DNA from: Oopsacas minuta
Lineage: Eukaryota; Animalia; Porifera
Assembly: GCA_024704765.1 (NCBI GenBank)
Contig: JAKMXF010000044.1
Coordinates: 310,001 to 374,000, forward strand
Reading direction: 5' to 3'
Length of the DNA: 64,000 nucleotides
Part shown: one piece after another, positions 45,890 through 58,146 of the stretch
How positions within the stretch are numbered: the stretch's first letter is position 1
Layout: the number at the start of each line of letters is the position of its first letter
Translations under genes and position numbers: made by a program
The notes under the pieces: generated by a model
Databases searched by the model: none
What the model saw: the letters and a program-made list of their open reading frames with translations, nothing else
What the model was told of the DNA's origin: nothing

Positions 45890-47011
45890 ATGGCAACAGC
45901 AGATGTCCCGATTGACGTAGACAAAGAGTTAGAAGAGTACGTTAGAGAACAGAGAGATAGGATATCTCTCTGCTTCTCTGAAGCTAGAAGGAGACTAGAT
46001 AGGAAAGAAGCAGAGCTGATTAAACTGTTTGAAGAGAAACTGAATAAGAGTAGAGCTGATAACAAGAATATTGCTACAGACAGAAATCAGCTCAAATATA
46101 CACTAGAACTAATACAAGCTAGTCTATCATCAAATTCTCTTCAGATGACTGGAGATGAAGCAATCAGACCTATCAAAGAAAAGATAGAGAAATTGGAGGA
46201 AAAAAGGACGAGAGTTCAGTTCGATTGGGTTCCTCAGAAACTATACACTGAGATTAGCAAGATAGGAGAAGTTGCTACGATCCCTGCTCATAAAAAAATC
46301 TGTATTAGTAGTATTCCTGGATACAATACCAAAGAAGAAATGGTTATCAAATCTGTAATACCACCTCCTTACAAACAACAAAAACAAGAAATTCAATTTC
46401 TCCTAACCAAACCATTACAGGAAGGAGAATACTGGTATTTAATTCACATAATATGGTACAATCAATGGAAGAGTTACGTAGGCATTTCTGGCAAGGAGTC
46501 TAGTGCTGATAAGGAAATAGATAAACCCGGTCCTATTGATAACACAAGTTTGTTAGATCAGGATAAGTTGAGAAGATTTCAAGTAAATGAGAGAGATTAC
46601 AAGTCAGTACCAGAAGATGCTTGGTATAAATTGGTGTCATGGTATGGGATTAGTGAGGGATCTATGGGTATCAGGAGACGGGTGGTAATGTATGGGAAAT
46701 TTGTAAAACAGTGTAAATTAGAAGTGTACCCTCTTGAACTGAAAGCCTGTCTCTACCCTAATGAGACTGATTTCAAAATATTCACCATATCAGGATGTGA
46801 TACTATACGTACAATGGATAATAAGATTAGAAAATTATACGACATTGATTCTACCAAACAAACACGTATTTACATCAAATATCAGATCTCTAGGCATGAA
46901 CTTATCAAAGATATGAATTTAGAAGTTCAAGGTGTTGAATTATTTGACGGACAATATGTGCTCATAGAAGTACAGAATGTTGATGGAACCTGGCATAGAA
47001 AGAGACTATGA
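45890..47011 (+). CDS. Coiled-coil + DUSP-UBL (USP4/11/15 N-terminal module) protein lacking a USP catalytic domain, ~373 aa
   Basis: The N-terminal ~140 aa form a TRIM-like coiled coil. It is followed by GEYWYLI..WYNQWKSYVG..PGPIDNTSLL..AWYKLVSWYG..CKLEVYPLEL..DTI..KIRKLY..LFDGQYVLIEVQNVDGTW and then a stop. Confidence 0.88.
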   Translation: MATADVPIDVDKELEEYVREQRDRISLCFSEARRRLDRKEAELIKLFEEKLNKSRADNKNIATDRNQLKYTLELIQASLSSNSLQMTGDEAIRPIKEKIEKLEEKRTRVQFDWVPQKLYTEISKIGEVATIPAHKKICISSIPGYNTKEEMVIKSVIPPPYKQQKQEIQFLLTKPLQEGEYWYLIHIIWYNQWKSYVGISGKESSADKEIDKPGPIDNTSLLDQDKLRRFQVNERDYKSVPEDAWYKLVSWYGISEGSMGIRRRVVMYGKFVKQCKLEVYPLELKACLYPNETDFKIFTISGCDTIRTMDNKIRKLYDIDSTKQTRIYIKYQISRHELIKDMNLEVQGVELFDGQYVLIEVQNVDGTWHRKRL

Positions 47012-47463
47012 CTGTTGTAATTGATTTTTTGCCATCAGATTTCCCTATACAGTAGTTATTGAAAGTATTGTGATGAGTGTATTTCTGAGCTAACAGCTGA
47101 TCAAATTGCTCCAGTCGTAAATGACAAATCTAGGTAATTTATAAATCCATATCAATTTGATCACATGTCACACATCACACACATAATCTTCAGACGCATA
47201 TAGGATAATATTGGGTATTTCGTGAGGAGTAATGGTGGTGAGTATGTCCGAAAAAATGATCTTTGAATCCTTAAATCCCTATCGGTAACGAGATCAATCC
47301 TGTAGTGTAAGATACGGTTTACATAATTATATTAGTATCATTTGCACATATTGACTCTTGAGCATATTATTATAATTAAATCAAATTCATAAATATCAAA
47401 TTATAGCTCTAGAACTCTACCATAATTATAACACTACGAGTACCAGAAGATAGAGAGTAGTAT

Positions 47464-48384
47464 TTAGTGTAGATCAATCATAAAATCCCTCTTTGTGTAG
47501 AGAAGATAGTACATCTGAGATTGATGAGGAGTCATCAGTTCACAGAATATATCTCCCATATTTCTCACCTTCTCTAAATCATCTTTAAGATAATAGCTTA
47601 ACATTTCTTGCATGTGGTAGAACAGATAATCATCTACCATTGCAATATTCTTAGTATGGACATCATGTGGATTATAGTCTTTAACCAACTCTTCTAGTTC
47701 ATTGTCACACTTAATATTCTTTTCATGTCGAAACATAACTAGTAACATGTAAGTAAGCTCATTCTGACGAACCAACACAGTATGTACACCTGGAAACTTC
47801 TTAGCAATTTCTCTTATCTCTTTAGAATATACCATTGCTTGTTTATACTCTTTGATAACTATACTAATAGTTATTATTTCCTCACGAAATGGAAGTAACT
47901 CTGGCGATTCAGGTGGAAGTAGGGTGAGTGCATATTTTAACGAATAAATAGCTTCGTGGTATTGACTGAGGTCTCTGAGTAGCTTAGCTAAACGTTTACA
48001 TATGTATATACAAGTGGGGAATTTCTTTTCACGAACTTCAATCTGTATAGCCTTGTTGAAACAATGGATACCAGAATGTAAATGATATTGAATGGAAAGA
48101 CAACGGAGATCAGCTGTATCCTTCTCTGTTGCAAAAAACAGCTCACCAGCTTCTAATAAAACCTCAACTTGTAGACCTGTGTCTCCTAACTCAGCATCAC
48201 ACTTCGCCTTAGACTCTAACACCATTGCAGCATAAGGTTTACAATCCTGCAACCTTAGAACCCTAGCTAACCTCTCCAGATCCTCAGAGGCACCTGCATA
48301 ATCTGGCTTTTTGAAACCAAACTTCTTTTTTGTTTTAGCTAGAATAGCTTCATATTCTTTGAGGACGTCATGATTGGGATCCAT
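47464..48384 (-). CDS. F8A1: 40-kDa huntingtin-associated protein (HAP40/F8A), intronless, ~306 aa
   Basis: DVLKEYEAILAKTKKKFGFKKPDYAGASEDL..LRLQDCKPYAA..AKC matches recalled HAP40 ([41 protein letters not shown]..ARC). The likely ATG is at 48384. Confidence 0.85.
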   Translation of the reverse strand: MDPNHDVLKEYEAILAKTKKKFGFKKPDYAGASEDLERLARVLRLQDCKPYAAMVLESKAKCDAELGDTGLQVEVLLEAGELFFATEKDTADLRCLSIQYHLHSGIHCFNKAIQIEVREKKFPTCIYICKRLAKLLRDLSQYHEAIYSLKYALTLLPPESPELLPFREEIITISIVIKEYKQAMVYSKEIREIAKKFPGVHTVLVRQNELTYMLLVMFRHEKNIKCDNELEELVKDYNPHDVHTKNIAMVDDYLFYHMQEMLSYYLKDDLEKVRNMGDIFCELMTPHQSQMYYLLYTKRDFMIDLH

Positions 48385-49277
48385 GCTAAGTTGTTTGATA
48401 GCAAACTTTGAATCATTGGACACTCAAATACATAGCAACAGTTGTCTAGGATTCGGAATTCCCAAGACTTGTGTAATTATAAATAAACAAAATCATCCTA
48501 GTTATGTATTTGATAATTTGCAAATGGCAAAGTTTTACTTTGTACAAAACTAGCAATTTTGGTGTAAAGTGAAATTGTGAATTTAGTAATAAGTTCCATT
48601 CTCAGTAATACAACAGTCCATATATGGTTCTTGGTTTGCACCCGAGGTAGTCTAACAGGTGCATCACGAAGGGTGCTTCGGTTGTAAGCGTAAGTTTACT
48701 GACTCACTAAAATCAGACATTTAGCTTCCTATATATTCTTTGCAAGTTCAATTCACTTTAAATTCTCCCCTTAAGAAGTCACTTAAATTTTGAATTTTTC
48801 ATTATCAGTAACTTGTATTAGTAAATTCACCCACCCATTAAATGTCATAATGGTAATACAGAGCCTAGAGGGTGTATTTATGATTTGATTCAGTTTCATG
48901 ATTTATTAAAAAATGTCCAGCCGACAAACTGGTAGTGCAGCTAAGGGTTATGTATTTTTGTTCTTTTCGGGGGGCATGCCCCCCCCGATCCCCGTGTAAA
49001 TGCCGCAATGCACCGACCCGGCTGATTTTTGGCTCCTGGATCTGATAAATATTTCAGGTTATTCAATATTATCCGTCCCCTAATGTACTTCATGTTCTAT
49101 CCTCAAATCCAATGAAAAAATTCCGAAAAAATAACTCAAATAAAAAGATTTAATATGGGAATCATTAATCGAGGGTTTATTTGTAATATATTACATTGTG
49201 ATATATAATAATACATTTAAGTAATTAATAATAAGTAATGTAATGTAGAATAATAAGTGATGATTCGGTGGCAATTT

Positions 49278-49808
49278 TCAGAAATTTAAAAAATCATAAA
49301 TTCTTTTCAGTTTGAACGTAAGGATCAAAGTGTCTGTGTCGATATCCCATTGAGCACGAGTCATCTTATCATCTACTGGGTCAGGAAGGTTCAATGATAG
49401 ATAATATTTAGGAGTAGTCAGCAAGAGTAGAGTTTCTTTTATGTTTAATTGTATGTCACTACTCTTCGCATTAGGAAGTTTGACTCGTAAAATCATGGAT
49501 TCACATGACGCAGTGCCAGGGTTCTTTTTCCCCATGCCTAGAAACACGTCTTCTGTATTTACAGCTTGTAGGAACTTCATATCATACTCGGGGGAGGGTC
49601 TAGGGTCAGTATATGGCACTATGTTATCAACCTCTGATTTATTCCAGATATCCTTGGAGGGTTCTGAAATAGGATCACATTCCTGGATCTGTTTAACCGC
49701 AGGAGCCCCGATGCTAGCCGGAGTGAAAGGGGAAGTTTTTGTTTCACAAGATTCATCTTCTGGTGGATTGAGAAGTGCAGACAGTTTCAAAAGACAATCT
49801 GTTTCCAT
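49278..49808 (-). CDS. DNAAF6: Dynein axonemal assembly factor 6 (PIH1D3/Twister), 176 aa
   Basis: LSALLNP, DIWNKSEV, DPRPSPEYDMKFLQAVNTEDVFLGM, VKLPN..SDIQLNIKE and terminal DFLNF. Confidence 0.93.
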   Translation of the reverse strand: METDCLLKLSALLNPPEDESCETKTSPFTPASIGAPAVKQIQECDPISEPSKDIWNKSEVDNIVPYTDPRPSPEYDMKFLQAVNTEDVFLGMGKKNPGTASCESMILRVKLPNAKSSDIQLNIKETLLLLTTPKYYLSLNLPDPVDDKMTRAQWDIDTDTLILTFKLKRIYDFLNF

Positions 49809-49989
49809 TATTACCAGCTACAGTAGAACTCTGTTAGTATGTACTCGGAATAAGAAATACTTATACTTTAAAAACTGATTAACCAAAATTCATCAAAGTT
49901 ATACATTTCTATGTAAACTATTCCGGAGAGTAAATTAATATCTGTCTCTTATGACCACTATCTCCGACAAAAATAGTTTGATATACATA

Positions 49990-50074
49990 CTATTAAACCT
50001 GCAATGAACGAACATCTGCTTCTTATGACCGCTGAATTCGGAAAGCGGTCGGTCGTAAATGACAGGCTTTACTG
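49990..50074. mobile_element. Short pogo-type MITE
   Basis: AAACCTGCAATGAACGA left arm and GGTCGTAAATGACAGGCTTTACTG-TA right arm. Confidence 0.5.
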
Positions 50075-50151
50075 TACATCTACGTACTTCAGTTTTTAGT
50101 AACAGTACCTATTAACCACATTCTACTGCATATGTAAGACTTATTCAATCC

Positions 50152-50475
50152 TAGAGATGCTGTGGTTCAGTCCGTCTTGCAAAACTAGTTATTGGACCAG
50201 ACCGATGCTCTGGACTCTAGTCTCTGGACCTATAGTTCCTGTTTGATTTCCTAGCTACTAATTTCAAATATATATACCCTTTGTTCACTACCAAATAGTC
50301 ACTATTGCGCCTTAAAGGGTTGATCGAATCCATTTAATTACAGCTCGTATCTTATATAATGGCGACGTGGACGAAGACATAAGGCTAGATCAATTCTAAT
50401 TTCTAGATACACACCAACGGTATGGACAGGTCCTATCCGGTCCGGTCCTAGGTTCACTGTGTCACCGCATCTATA
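50152..50475. mobile_element. hAT-like non-autonomous element
   Basis: Termini TAGAGATGCTGTG / CACCGCATCTATA and subterminal GGACC/GGTCCG repeats; the 8-bp TSD is not conserved. Confidence 0.45.
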
Positions 50476-51011
50476 TTACTATTATTGACATTCTGCGGAT
50501 GATTATGAGTTTTTAATTGAGTTCATATTATGTCTATCTCCAATTCTATACTATTAAATACAAAATCTTTTGATTTCTAATTTCTAATTCCTTGTCAAAT
50601 GATATTACAAATACATACTGTCTTTCCCTGAAAAAGCGTCGGGGGTTTGTCTGCACGCGCTTATGAGCTTTCTCAGGGAAATATGGTAACTGAAATTCTG
50701 GTTATGTCCTTCACTGTTTACAATCACAGAAATGAATCTCACAGTTGAGTAACCCATGTATTCTCTCAAATGAGTGATAATCGTTCTCATAACAAGCAGA
50801 ATATATACGGATACAAAAGATATAATAAAATTATAAACGATACAGATATAAGTTAAGATCTATAAAGTATACAAATCCATTTATAGAGTTCTTTATTACA
50901 TAACATACTGAACTAAGTTAGAATGAATAGATTAAAATTGCTACAATATTTTATGCTATATCTGCGAAATGTTAATGGTTTTGCCGATCGCAATGCCCCA
51001 TCTTCGCGTAG

Positions 51012-54000
51012 TCAGAGCCGACAATTGTGTATTCTTATCATTCCATCTGACCAAACGCTTAAAATATTAATATTAAACACTTGACTCTCTTGCCTTGGGG
51101 CACATTTAGAGTAGATTCCTTGGCATTTGGCAATTGACTCAGATATAGCAGGGATCGTCATTTTAACATTGAATGTGTAGCAATCTATAATCAAAATCTC
51201 TCCAAGTGTGCTTGATACTGCAAGGAATATACCATTTTGTGTGTTGCAGACTGCACTACTGGTAAATTCATTTTCTAAATACTTGTTCAATAACGATTTA
51301 TTTTCAACAGATGAAAGATCCCAAAGCTCTACACTACTCCTACTGACTGTATTTAGAGTCAGTTTATCTAGATTTACACTCATTACTTCTTCATGAATTA
51401 CAGAAGTGTGTATATGTGTAGGTTGCATGTGAGATATCGGCCAATTAGGCTCTCCTTCCGTTTCGGGGGTAGTAGAGGTGTGTGGTAGACTCAGAGTTAA
51501 AAGGTAATTGTGAATTAAGTGTGAGTGGAAGATGACGTCATGTGATGCTAGCTTGAATAGAAAGGTTGTTTGTGTTGCATCTAGTTTCCAGACAAATATA
51601 TTTCCTGAAATATCAACAGTCACTGATTGCCCCTCGTGACACTACAAATACATAAATGAGGTATTGAGAATATGAACAAAGAAGGAGAGGTTCTACAAAA
51701 TATTTCGAGTAATCGCTCTCAGAAGTACGACAAGTGTATATAGATTAGTGCACAAAGCTAGTGTGACTTTGTGCAAACAATACGACGTTTATGTACAAAT
51801 ACCAATGGCAGTAATTTCCGCCATGGAACTCGAATAGCGCGGTAAAATACGCTCAAACAACATTCAAGGCACAAATGTCTCTGTATAATTCTCACTGCGG
51901 TATAATTATATAGAACTTACATGAATATCATTGATACAAGTGGGATGAGAAGAATTTGCAAATACTAACTCAATGCTGTGTTGCTGATCGGTGAGAGAGA
52001 AGTGATACATGACTAGTCTCCCGTCAGTGGTACCAGCTAGTAAAGAGTTCCCTGAGATTACAGATAGAGCAGATATTGACGTAGTCTACAAGATAAATAT
52101 AGTATGTAATATAGAAATCACTAAATTATATTCTGACAAGGAAAACTGATCCCGCAATCAGATCTATAACAAGGATACAATTATTATACAGATTATTAAT
52201 AGATATTATAATTAGGGAAATATACAAGATTGTAGATATTAGGACGAGAATCAAATTTCTAATTTAGGTGTTCCTCAATTAGCGGAAATATGTAATTTTC
52301 GATAAATTTAACAGAATGTAGTGACTAAATATTGATGAAATACCTCACTTAAAAAATAAATTCCTAACTAATTACTTCCAACCTATTCCATCCCTCAAGT
52401 AATACTATAGCTACTTGTTGGAATTCTATAAAGAGAGACACGCCCTATCCCATAAACACAAAATACCTTAACAGGATCTCCTAGCAAGTACTGCTTCGTG
52501 ATCCAATTCCAAGCAATAACACTTCCATCCTCACAGCCCAATATTATAATACCAAAGTGTTTGATGGAGCCCTGGATACAGGATATGTTAGCAGTAGCAA
52601 ATGTCTCCTCTCCTTGATAGGATAGAGTTATACGATTTGTGTTCTGTAGATAGCAAAAATCGTAAATCAATACTGTGTTATGGTATAGAATGAAAATCTG
52701 ATTGAAACATCCAATGAATCCGTTTATAGGAAATTGTCTAAGTTTCTCTTCGTGGATAGTTTTAAAGTAAGGAAATACAGTTCTCTGTTTAAAATGCCTG
52801 TGGTATCGGTTATAGGAACTGATCATAGGGTGGTGCATCGGTTGAGAGAATTGTCCGGGATAGAAATAGGGGAGGGGAGGTATCAATTGGGGGTAGTTAG
52901 ATACGTTCTGTGTAGGAAGGTAAATACGTCCTCTGGTGTACTGCTGAGGTAGAATAGGTATTCTGGAGTCTCTGTCATAGTAGTGAGTGAATGTAGGCTG
53001 TGAGGGATGATAGTACCAACAATTATCTCCGTAATTACAGTGTCCTGCTAGGAAGTACTGACAGGGCATGTTCTTCCTCTCATCAGTGGAGGATCCGCTC
53101 TCTAGCGAATCAGCTGTTGAGGGACGTTCAGTAGGGAAGGGAGGCTCGGAGATGAAACTCTTAGGAGAGTCAGTACATCTATCATGAGGCTTGTATTGAG
53201 GAGTAGATATACTGAAGCATATGCTACTCCCTGAGGAGATGGAGTTACTGGGGCTTGTGGGGGCGTAATCTCCTGGAGATGTGGGAGCAGAGGGACTAGG
53301 ATTTGGAACGGTTGGACTGTGAGCAGGTGATGCTGTATTAAAGAGTAACTGCTGAGGGGACATTGATCCTGATCCCCCTGTCCCCCTCATGAATTGAGGC
53401 ATCTGTACAGGAATAGGATATAAAGGTTGTGATTGTATATCAGCTGGTATAGATTGTAGATGTGAAAAAGCTTCAGGGAAGTTGTGTGAGAGAGCTGGCC
53501 TATCCATAGCAGTGATGGAGGGTACGTAATGACTGACAGGAAGACTTGAATGTCTCCGCCTGAACCGTTGAGGTCTGGGTTCTGGTAGCGTAGTGGTTAT
53601 GTTGAGGTGAGTGAAGGTCTGTTTAGCATACATCTGTACCCAGTTAATAAGGCCACGGTGCAAGTCAGGGCGAGAGAGAAGATTAGTGTCCTATTAAGCA
53701 ACACAAGAAATATGAATAAGTACACAGTAAAATTGGGTACACTGTGGTCACAGAGATTATTTATAGTAAACTCTCGTTATATCGAACACGGATACCTCGA
53801 TATATCCGCTTATATCGAAGCCCTAATTGAACAAATATGGCTCCAAATCGTTAACGTGACATAAATTACATCGGTTATATTAAAGTAGATATCGCAGTCC
53901 CATGATCTTCGATATAACGGGAGTTGATTGTATATCGATTTTTTGTAAAATTGATGATACTCCATGACCAATTTGACCCAAATTGACCAAACAAGTCAAC

Positions 54001-55118
54001 TTTGGATGTGGTCATAGTCCATGAGAGTTTGGGAAATCCTACAGTAGAGAATTATAGCAATATAGCGTAACGTACCAACTGGTAACATTCTCTCCCTAAA
54101 CACTCCAGATCAACCCAGCAATTACCAGCTCTACACTCAAACCTTGTTCTGTCTATCAACAGCTCCTGAGCTGAGGTGTCAACCTCGTGTACGAACTCAG
54201 GCAGGGGAGCAGGGTGCCAGTTCAACCACTTATTGTCAGCATCTGGGTCGATTGAGAATACGTGATAGAGAGTGTGGTTATTCTAATAGACAAATTATTA
54301 AATAAATAGGAATAACCGAAACTACATGAAAACTAAATTCCAAAGTAATTTAGACTGATAAGAAAGCCAGAAAATTCTTTTGAATTAACATGGATGGGTA
54401 TGCGAACAATGGAGGCCAGCTAATGCAATTCGTGTAAGTGCATTATCTATCCTTACAGCTTCTGATAGAGACCAAAGGAATGGTGCAATAAGATTACAAT
54501 CTCTGTAATTATGCGAAAATGGCTCGAATTAGGTTAGATTTTTATAAGAAAGAAAATATATTCGAATTTCCTGGTTCAATTACAAAAAGTGTTGTTAAAG
54601 GAAGATACGCAACGTACGTAGATGTAAAAATGTCTATAAAATAGATTTTCTATAAAAACTCACAAATTAACGAAAAAGAGTTTATGAAATTAGTTGTGTG
54701 TTTCGAAACTATGATTTCGATGTGTATATATAATAAACATGGAAATTTGATAACGTACTTTTCCTGATTGACTCCAAATAATATGGATGAGAGGAGGTAG
54801 ACCGTGAGGGGTACCTCCTCCACAAGTCTCCATTAATTTCCTTCTAGTTCCAGTAGACCCATGCTCATCCATATCATTGATTTGATCTAATCTACCGCCA
54901 GGAAATGACCATTTGAGGGATCCAAATGAATTCTGGCCTTTTCGTTGCAAAATACAAAGTACTTGTCCATCTGTACACCGACACACAACTGCGATCCCAA
55001 CATAAGGTCGTGAATAGTGTGCACCGAGTTCAGCATAGGGCTGAGCACGATCTGTGTCAGAGATTTGAGTATCAGAATTGTCAGGCTCTTGGTAAACGGG
55101 GTAATTCTGAGTGGCCAT
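51012..55118 (-). CDS. Five-exon gene: degenerate Nudix domain + Ser/Pro-rich linker + CCCH zinc finger + WD40-like propeller (~861 aa); exons 55118-54759, 54282-54076, 53690-52467, 52085-51921, 51641-51012
   Basis: All four junctions are GT-AG and phase 0, giving one open frame. Motifs: KWSFPGGRLD..TRRKLMETCG (Nudix box without catalytic Glu), CQYFLAGHCNYGDNCWYYH (C-x7-C-x5-C-x3-H), and ILGCEDGSVIAWNW, LLAGTTDGRLVMY, VDISGNIFVWKL, VWSDGMIRIH (WD40-like). Confidence 0.8.
53764..53930. mobile_element. TA-flanked pogo-type MITE inside intron 2 of the Nudix-CCCH-WD40 gene
   Basis: TIR TAGTAAACTCTCGTTATATCGAA / TTCGATATAACGGGAGTTGATTG-TA. Confidence 0.75.
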
Positions 55119-55996
55119 TGCTAGTTAGGGGGAAAGAAAATAATAACTGGCGCATATGAACATTTGAAAAGTGAAATATTTCAAACTTGGATAGTACATT
55201 ATATAGCATCACTTTAGTCTAATGAATAATAGGCACACAAAAATATAAATCTGAGAAAAAGGGAAAAATGAAACTTGGTAGATCTCTTGAATGAATGTAA
55301 CGGTACATTATCTTACCATGGTTATGCATATGCTGAAGAGTAAAAGAACTAATGTACTGCTTGTGATGTTAGATGTTGTACATTCTTTTCATACCATTGG
55401 TCTGGAAAACCTTGAACCCAGACAGACTTTAGACAGGCTAGTTGCTAAGATTAGGAAAAAAAACTATAAAAGAGAACGGGATACAGCAAATGTGGATTTG
55501 GTCTTAAAAGGCCTATCTTACACTATGGATGTGAATAATAAAAATATTTATTGTGAAACATATAAATTGTAGAATTTCAGTGAAAATATATGCCTCCGTA
55601 CAAATACTTCGTTTAGGTATTCGTATTAATTAAACTCTACAACTGGATATACAAATATAAGGTTGCACAATTAAGTATTTATGTGTTTGGGATTGGTTTA
55701 TTATCAGTGCAGTGTGCGGCTGTTTGCAGGTATTCAAGCGTTTTGGTGAGTTCTTGTGTTCATTGACACGCTCAGATCTACAAAAAACTGCATTTGATAG
55801 TATTAATTATCATCTAAATATTTCGTGCTTCTTGTATAATATGCAAATATGTAGAAACCCTGTTATATACTCACTTTACATGTGTTTTGTACAATAAAAT
55901 CTGTGAAATACTCAAAGGTAGATACGAGATATATATATATATATACGTATATGCAATTTTCGTACTTTATGTATCAATAATTGAGATTAAAACATA

Positions 55997-56036
55997 ATGG
56001 TTGTTTGTATGGTTGTTTGTATGATTGTTTGTATGA
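55997..56036. repeat. 12-bp tandem repeat (ATGGTTGTTTGT) x3.3, with an (AT)n tract nearby at ~55929-55946
   Basis: Direct inspection. Confidence 0.8.
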
Positions 56037-57135
56037 ATTACAGATGAACAGATATACGGCAAATGTCAGGAGAAAATATTGTATAGTATCCTGGATTCCT
56101 GGGCGTTGTCCGACACAGCCATAAAATACTATATTAAAATAAATGCTTTCTAATTATGTAATAACAATATATTATTATTATGAATGGTAGATTCTTCCCA
56201 TGTAATTCTATACATTCTATTTGTAGTGCAATTTTGTGTACAATTTTAGTGCGTTCTATAATCCTTTCTCAGTATGTATGACATATAGGATAGACAGTAT
56301 ATAGAGACATGACATAAATGCCAATTCGCATTACTTACTAGATTGGGTTGGTATTTCACAATTCTGGGTTATTATTCAATTTGCCCTAGAAGGCTATATT
56401 ATACGCAGGTATTTGATACCAAAATGTGTTTTCTAATCACTGTTTCAATAAAAAAAGGCTCTATAAACACAAATACGCAAGTAACCAACTAAAATTGTAC
56501 ACAAATATCTGTTTACTTACAGAAACAAATAAATTAACAAACTTGAAAACAGAAGGTAATTGAGATTTAACAATTTTGAATATTTCAAATGTCAAAAAAT
56601 GGTCTCCAGGGAATAAATATCGATCCGAAGTTTCACGAAGCCAAATTTCGACTGTCAAACTCTATATTGTGCAACCATATGTTCAATGATACCTGCACCT
56701 CGGGTTTATAATTACATCATTTCAAGGAATATGAGCTAGCAAGAATTCAGAAAAATAAAACTGTAATGATTTGTTCCCTCATGATGAAGGGATTTCTTCT
56801 CTCTAACTAATGGAAGTATTGTCAAGTATTGAGCAACTCACTACAAATAAACTTCCTTCAATTTTAATCTTAAATATCTGAAGATTCCAATACTGCGGTG
56901 ATGTAGGAGTAAATATTCTCAAATATTTCATTTACCTGACACGTATATTTCCCCTGCTACAGGTAACATAATAGATACAGATTCCTCCAGTACATAGATA
57001 CATTGTGTTCAAATATAATATAAATTCAAGAAAGACATGAAATACGATAAGTGCGTACGTTTATGAATCCTATAGACTTAGTAGTAACAGATCTATAGTT
57101 GAAATTAAGAGATAATTATTTGTATAATTAAAATC

Positions 57136-57621
57136 TCAATATTGCATCTGACTTAAAGCTTGTAGATATTGTATTCTGCTCTGAATAGCTTGTTTCACCC
57201 ATAAAAGCTCAAAACTTAATTGTCCACGTAGCTTCAATAACTCATCTCTATCACTTGGGTATTCTTGTAAGATAGTATGACTAGCATCCATGGTTGTTAT
57301 TGGGGAAGCTATTATAGATTCTTGTAAACTAACATCAGAGGTATCTTGAATCGGGCGAGTTGATATTATAATTTCATTGGGTTGTGTTAGATCTTCAACT
57401 TCTGCACTAATATTATTTATTTGATATTCTTGTGTCTGAGATACTGTAGGATAGCATAGAGATTTGCTGCTGGGCCAACTAACAGAGTTATTAGTTAATT
57501 CATTTTCAATCTCCATAAAGACATCATTATATTCTTTTCTTACATTTTGTATGATGTCTCTCCTTTTTAGATAGCCTCTAAGAACTGATTGTAACTCAAT
57601 TATGAATCCTTCCGTATCCAT
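57136..57621 (-). CDS. IQCC: IQ motif-containing protein C-like, 161 aa
   Basis: N-terminal IQ motif LQSVLRGYLKRR..EY..IE.EL and C-terminal LSFELLWVKQAIQSRIQYL (recalled human: LAMELLWLQQAINSRKEYL). Confidence 0.88.
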   Translation of the reverse strand: MDTEGFIIELQSVLRGYLKRRDIIQNVRKEYNDVFMEIENELTNNSVSWPSSKSLCYPTVSQTQEYQINNISAEVEDLTQPNEIIISTRPIQDTSDVSLQESIIASPITTMDASHTILQEYPSDRDELLKLRGQLSFELLWVKQAIQSRIQYLQALSQMQY

Positions 57622-58146
57622 GGTTGGTAACTATATATATATTTCCCACAATTCAATAGAGTAATATCAGCCTATTGAAGGAGAAATATTCAATCTTTTC
57701 TCTATAATCTATAAATTAATGCCTACTGTTGCGGAATATTTAACAACATCCACTGCTGCAAAATTTTATAACGGGCTGTGACAAAGTTCTCAAACTATAA
57801 ATTTCACAATCATGAGATTCGTAATATATCCCAATATCCAATCCTAATAAATAGGTATATGTTGCTATGAAAGACCAAGGTGTGTGTAGTCAGTATACTA
57901 TACGTTGAAATCGTGATAGAATTATTGCAATAGCCTTTGATAAACCTAATTCTTGAGTGAGAAGTTAAAGAACAAGATAATTTGAAGCCAATAATTATTA
58001 ATACATTCGGAATAATAATGTTAGTCATATACGTAGTTCACCTGTCAGTTTATAATAATTAAGTGCAAATTGGTTGATGTATCAATTGAAAGAACCAGTA
58101 AGCTCAAGTTTAAAATTGTAAAACTGTTCATCATTTTATGAGTGCA

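Noticed and set aside
48551-48562. Sm-site-like AATTTTGG (also near 45433) as a possible SL RNA or snRNA gene
   Set aside because: The motif is common in AT-rich DNA, and no leader-donor stem-loop context is evident.
56480-56980. Faint LRR-like phrases (LPSILILNI*..CGDVGVNIL) on the plus strand
   Set aside because: Too degraded to support an NLR/LRR pseudogene call.
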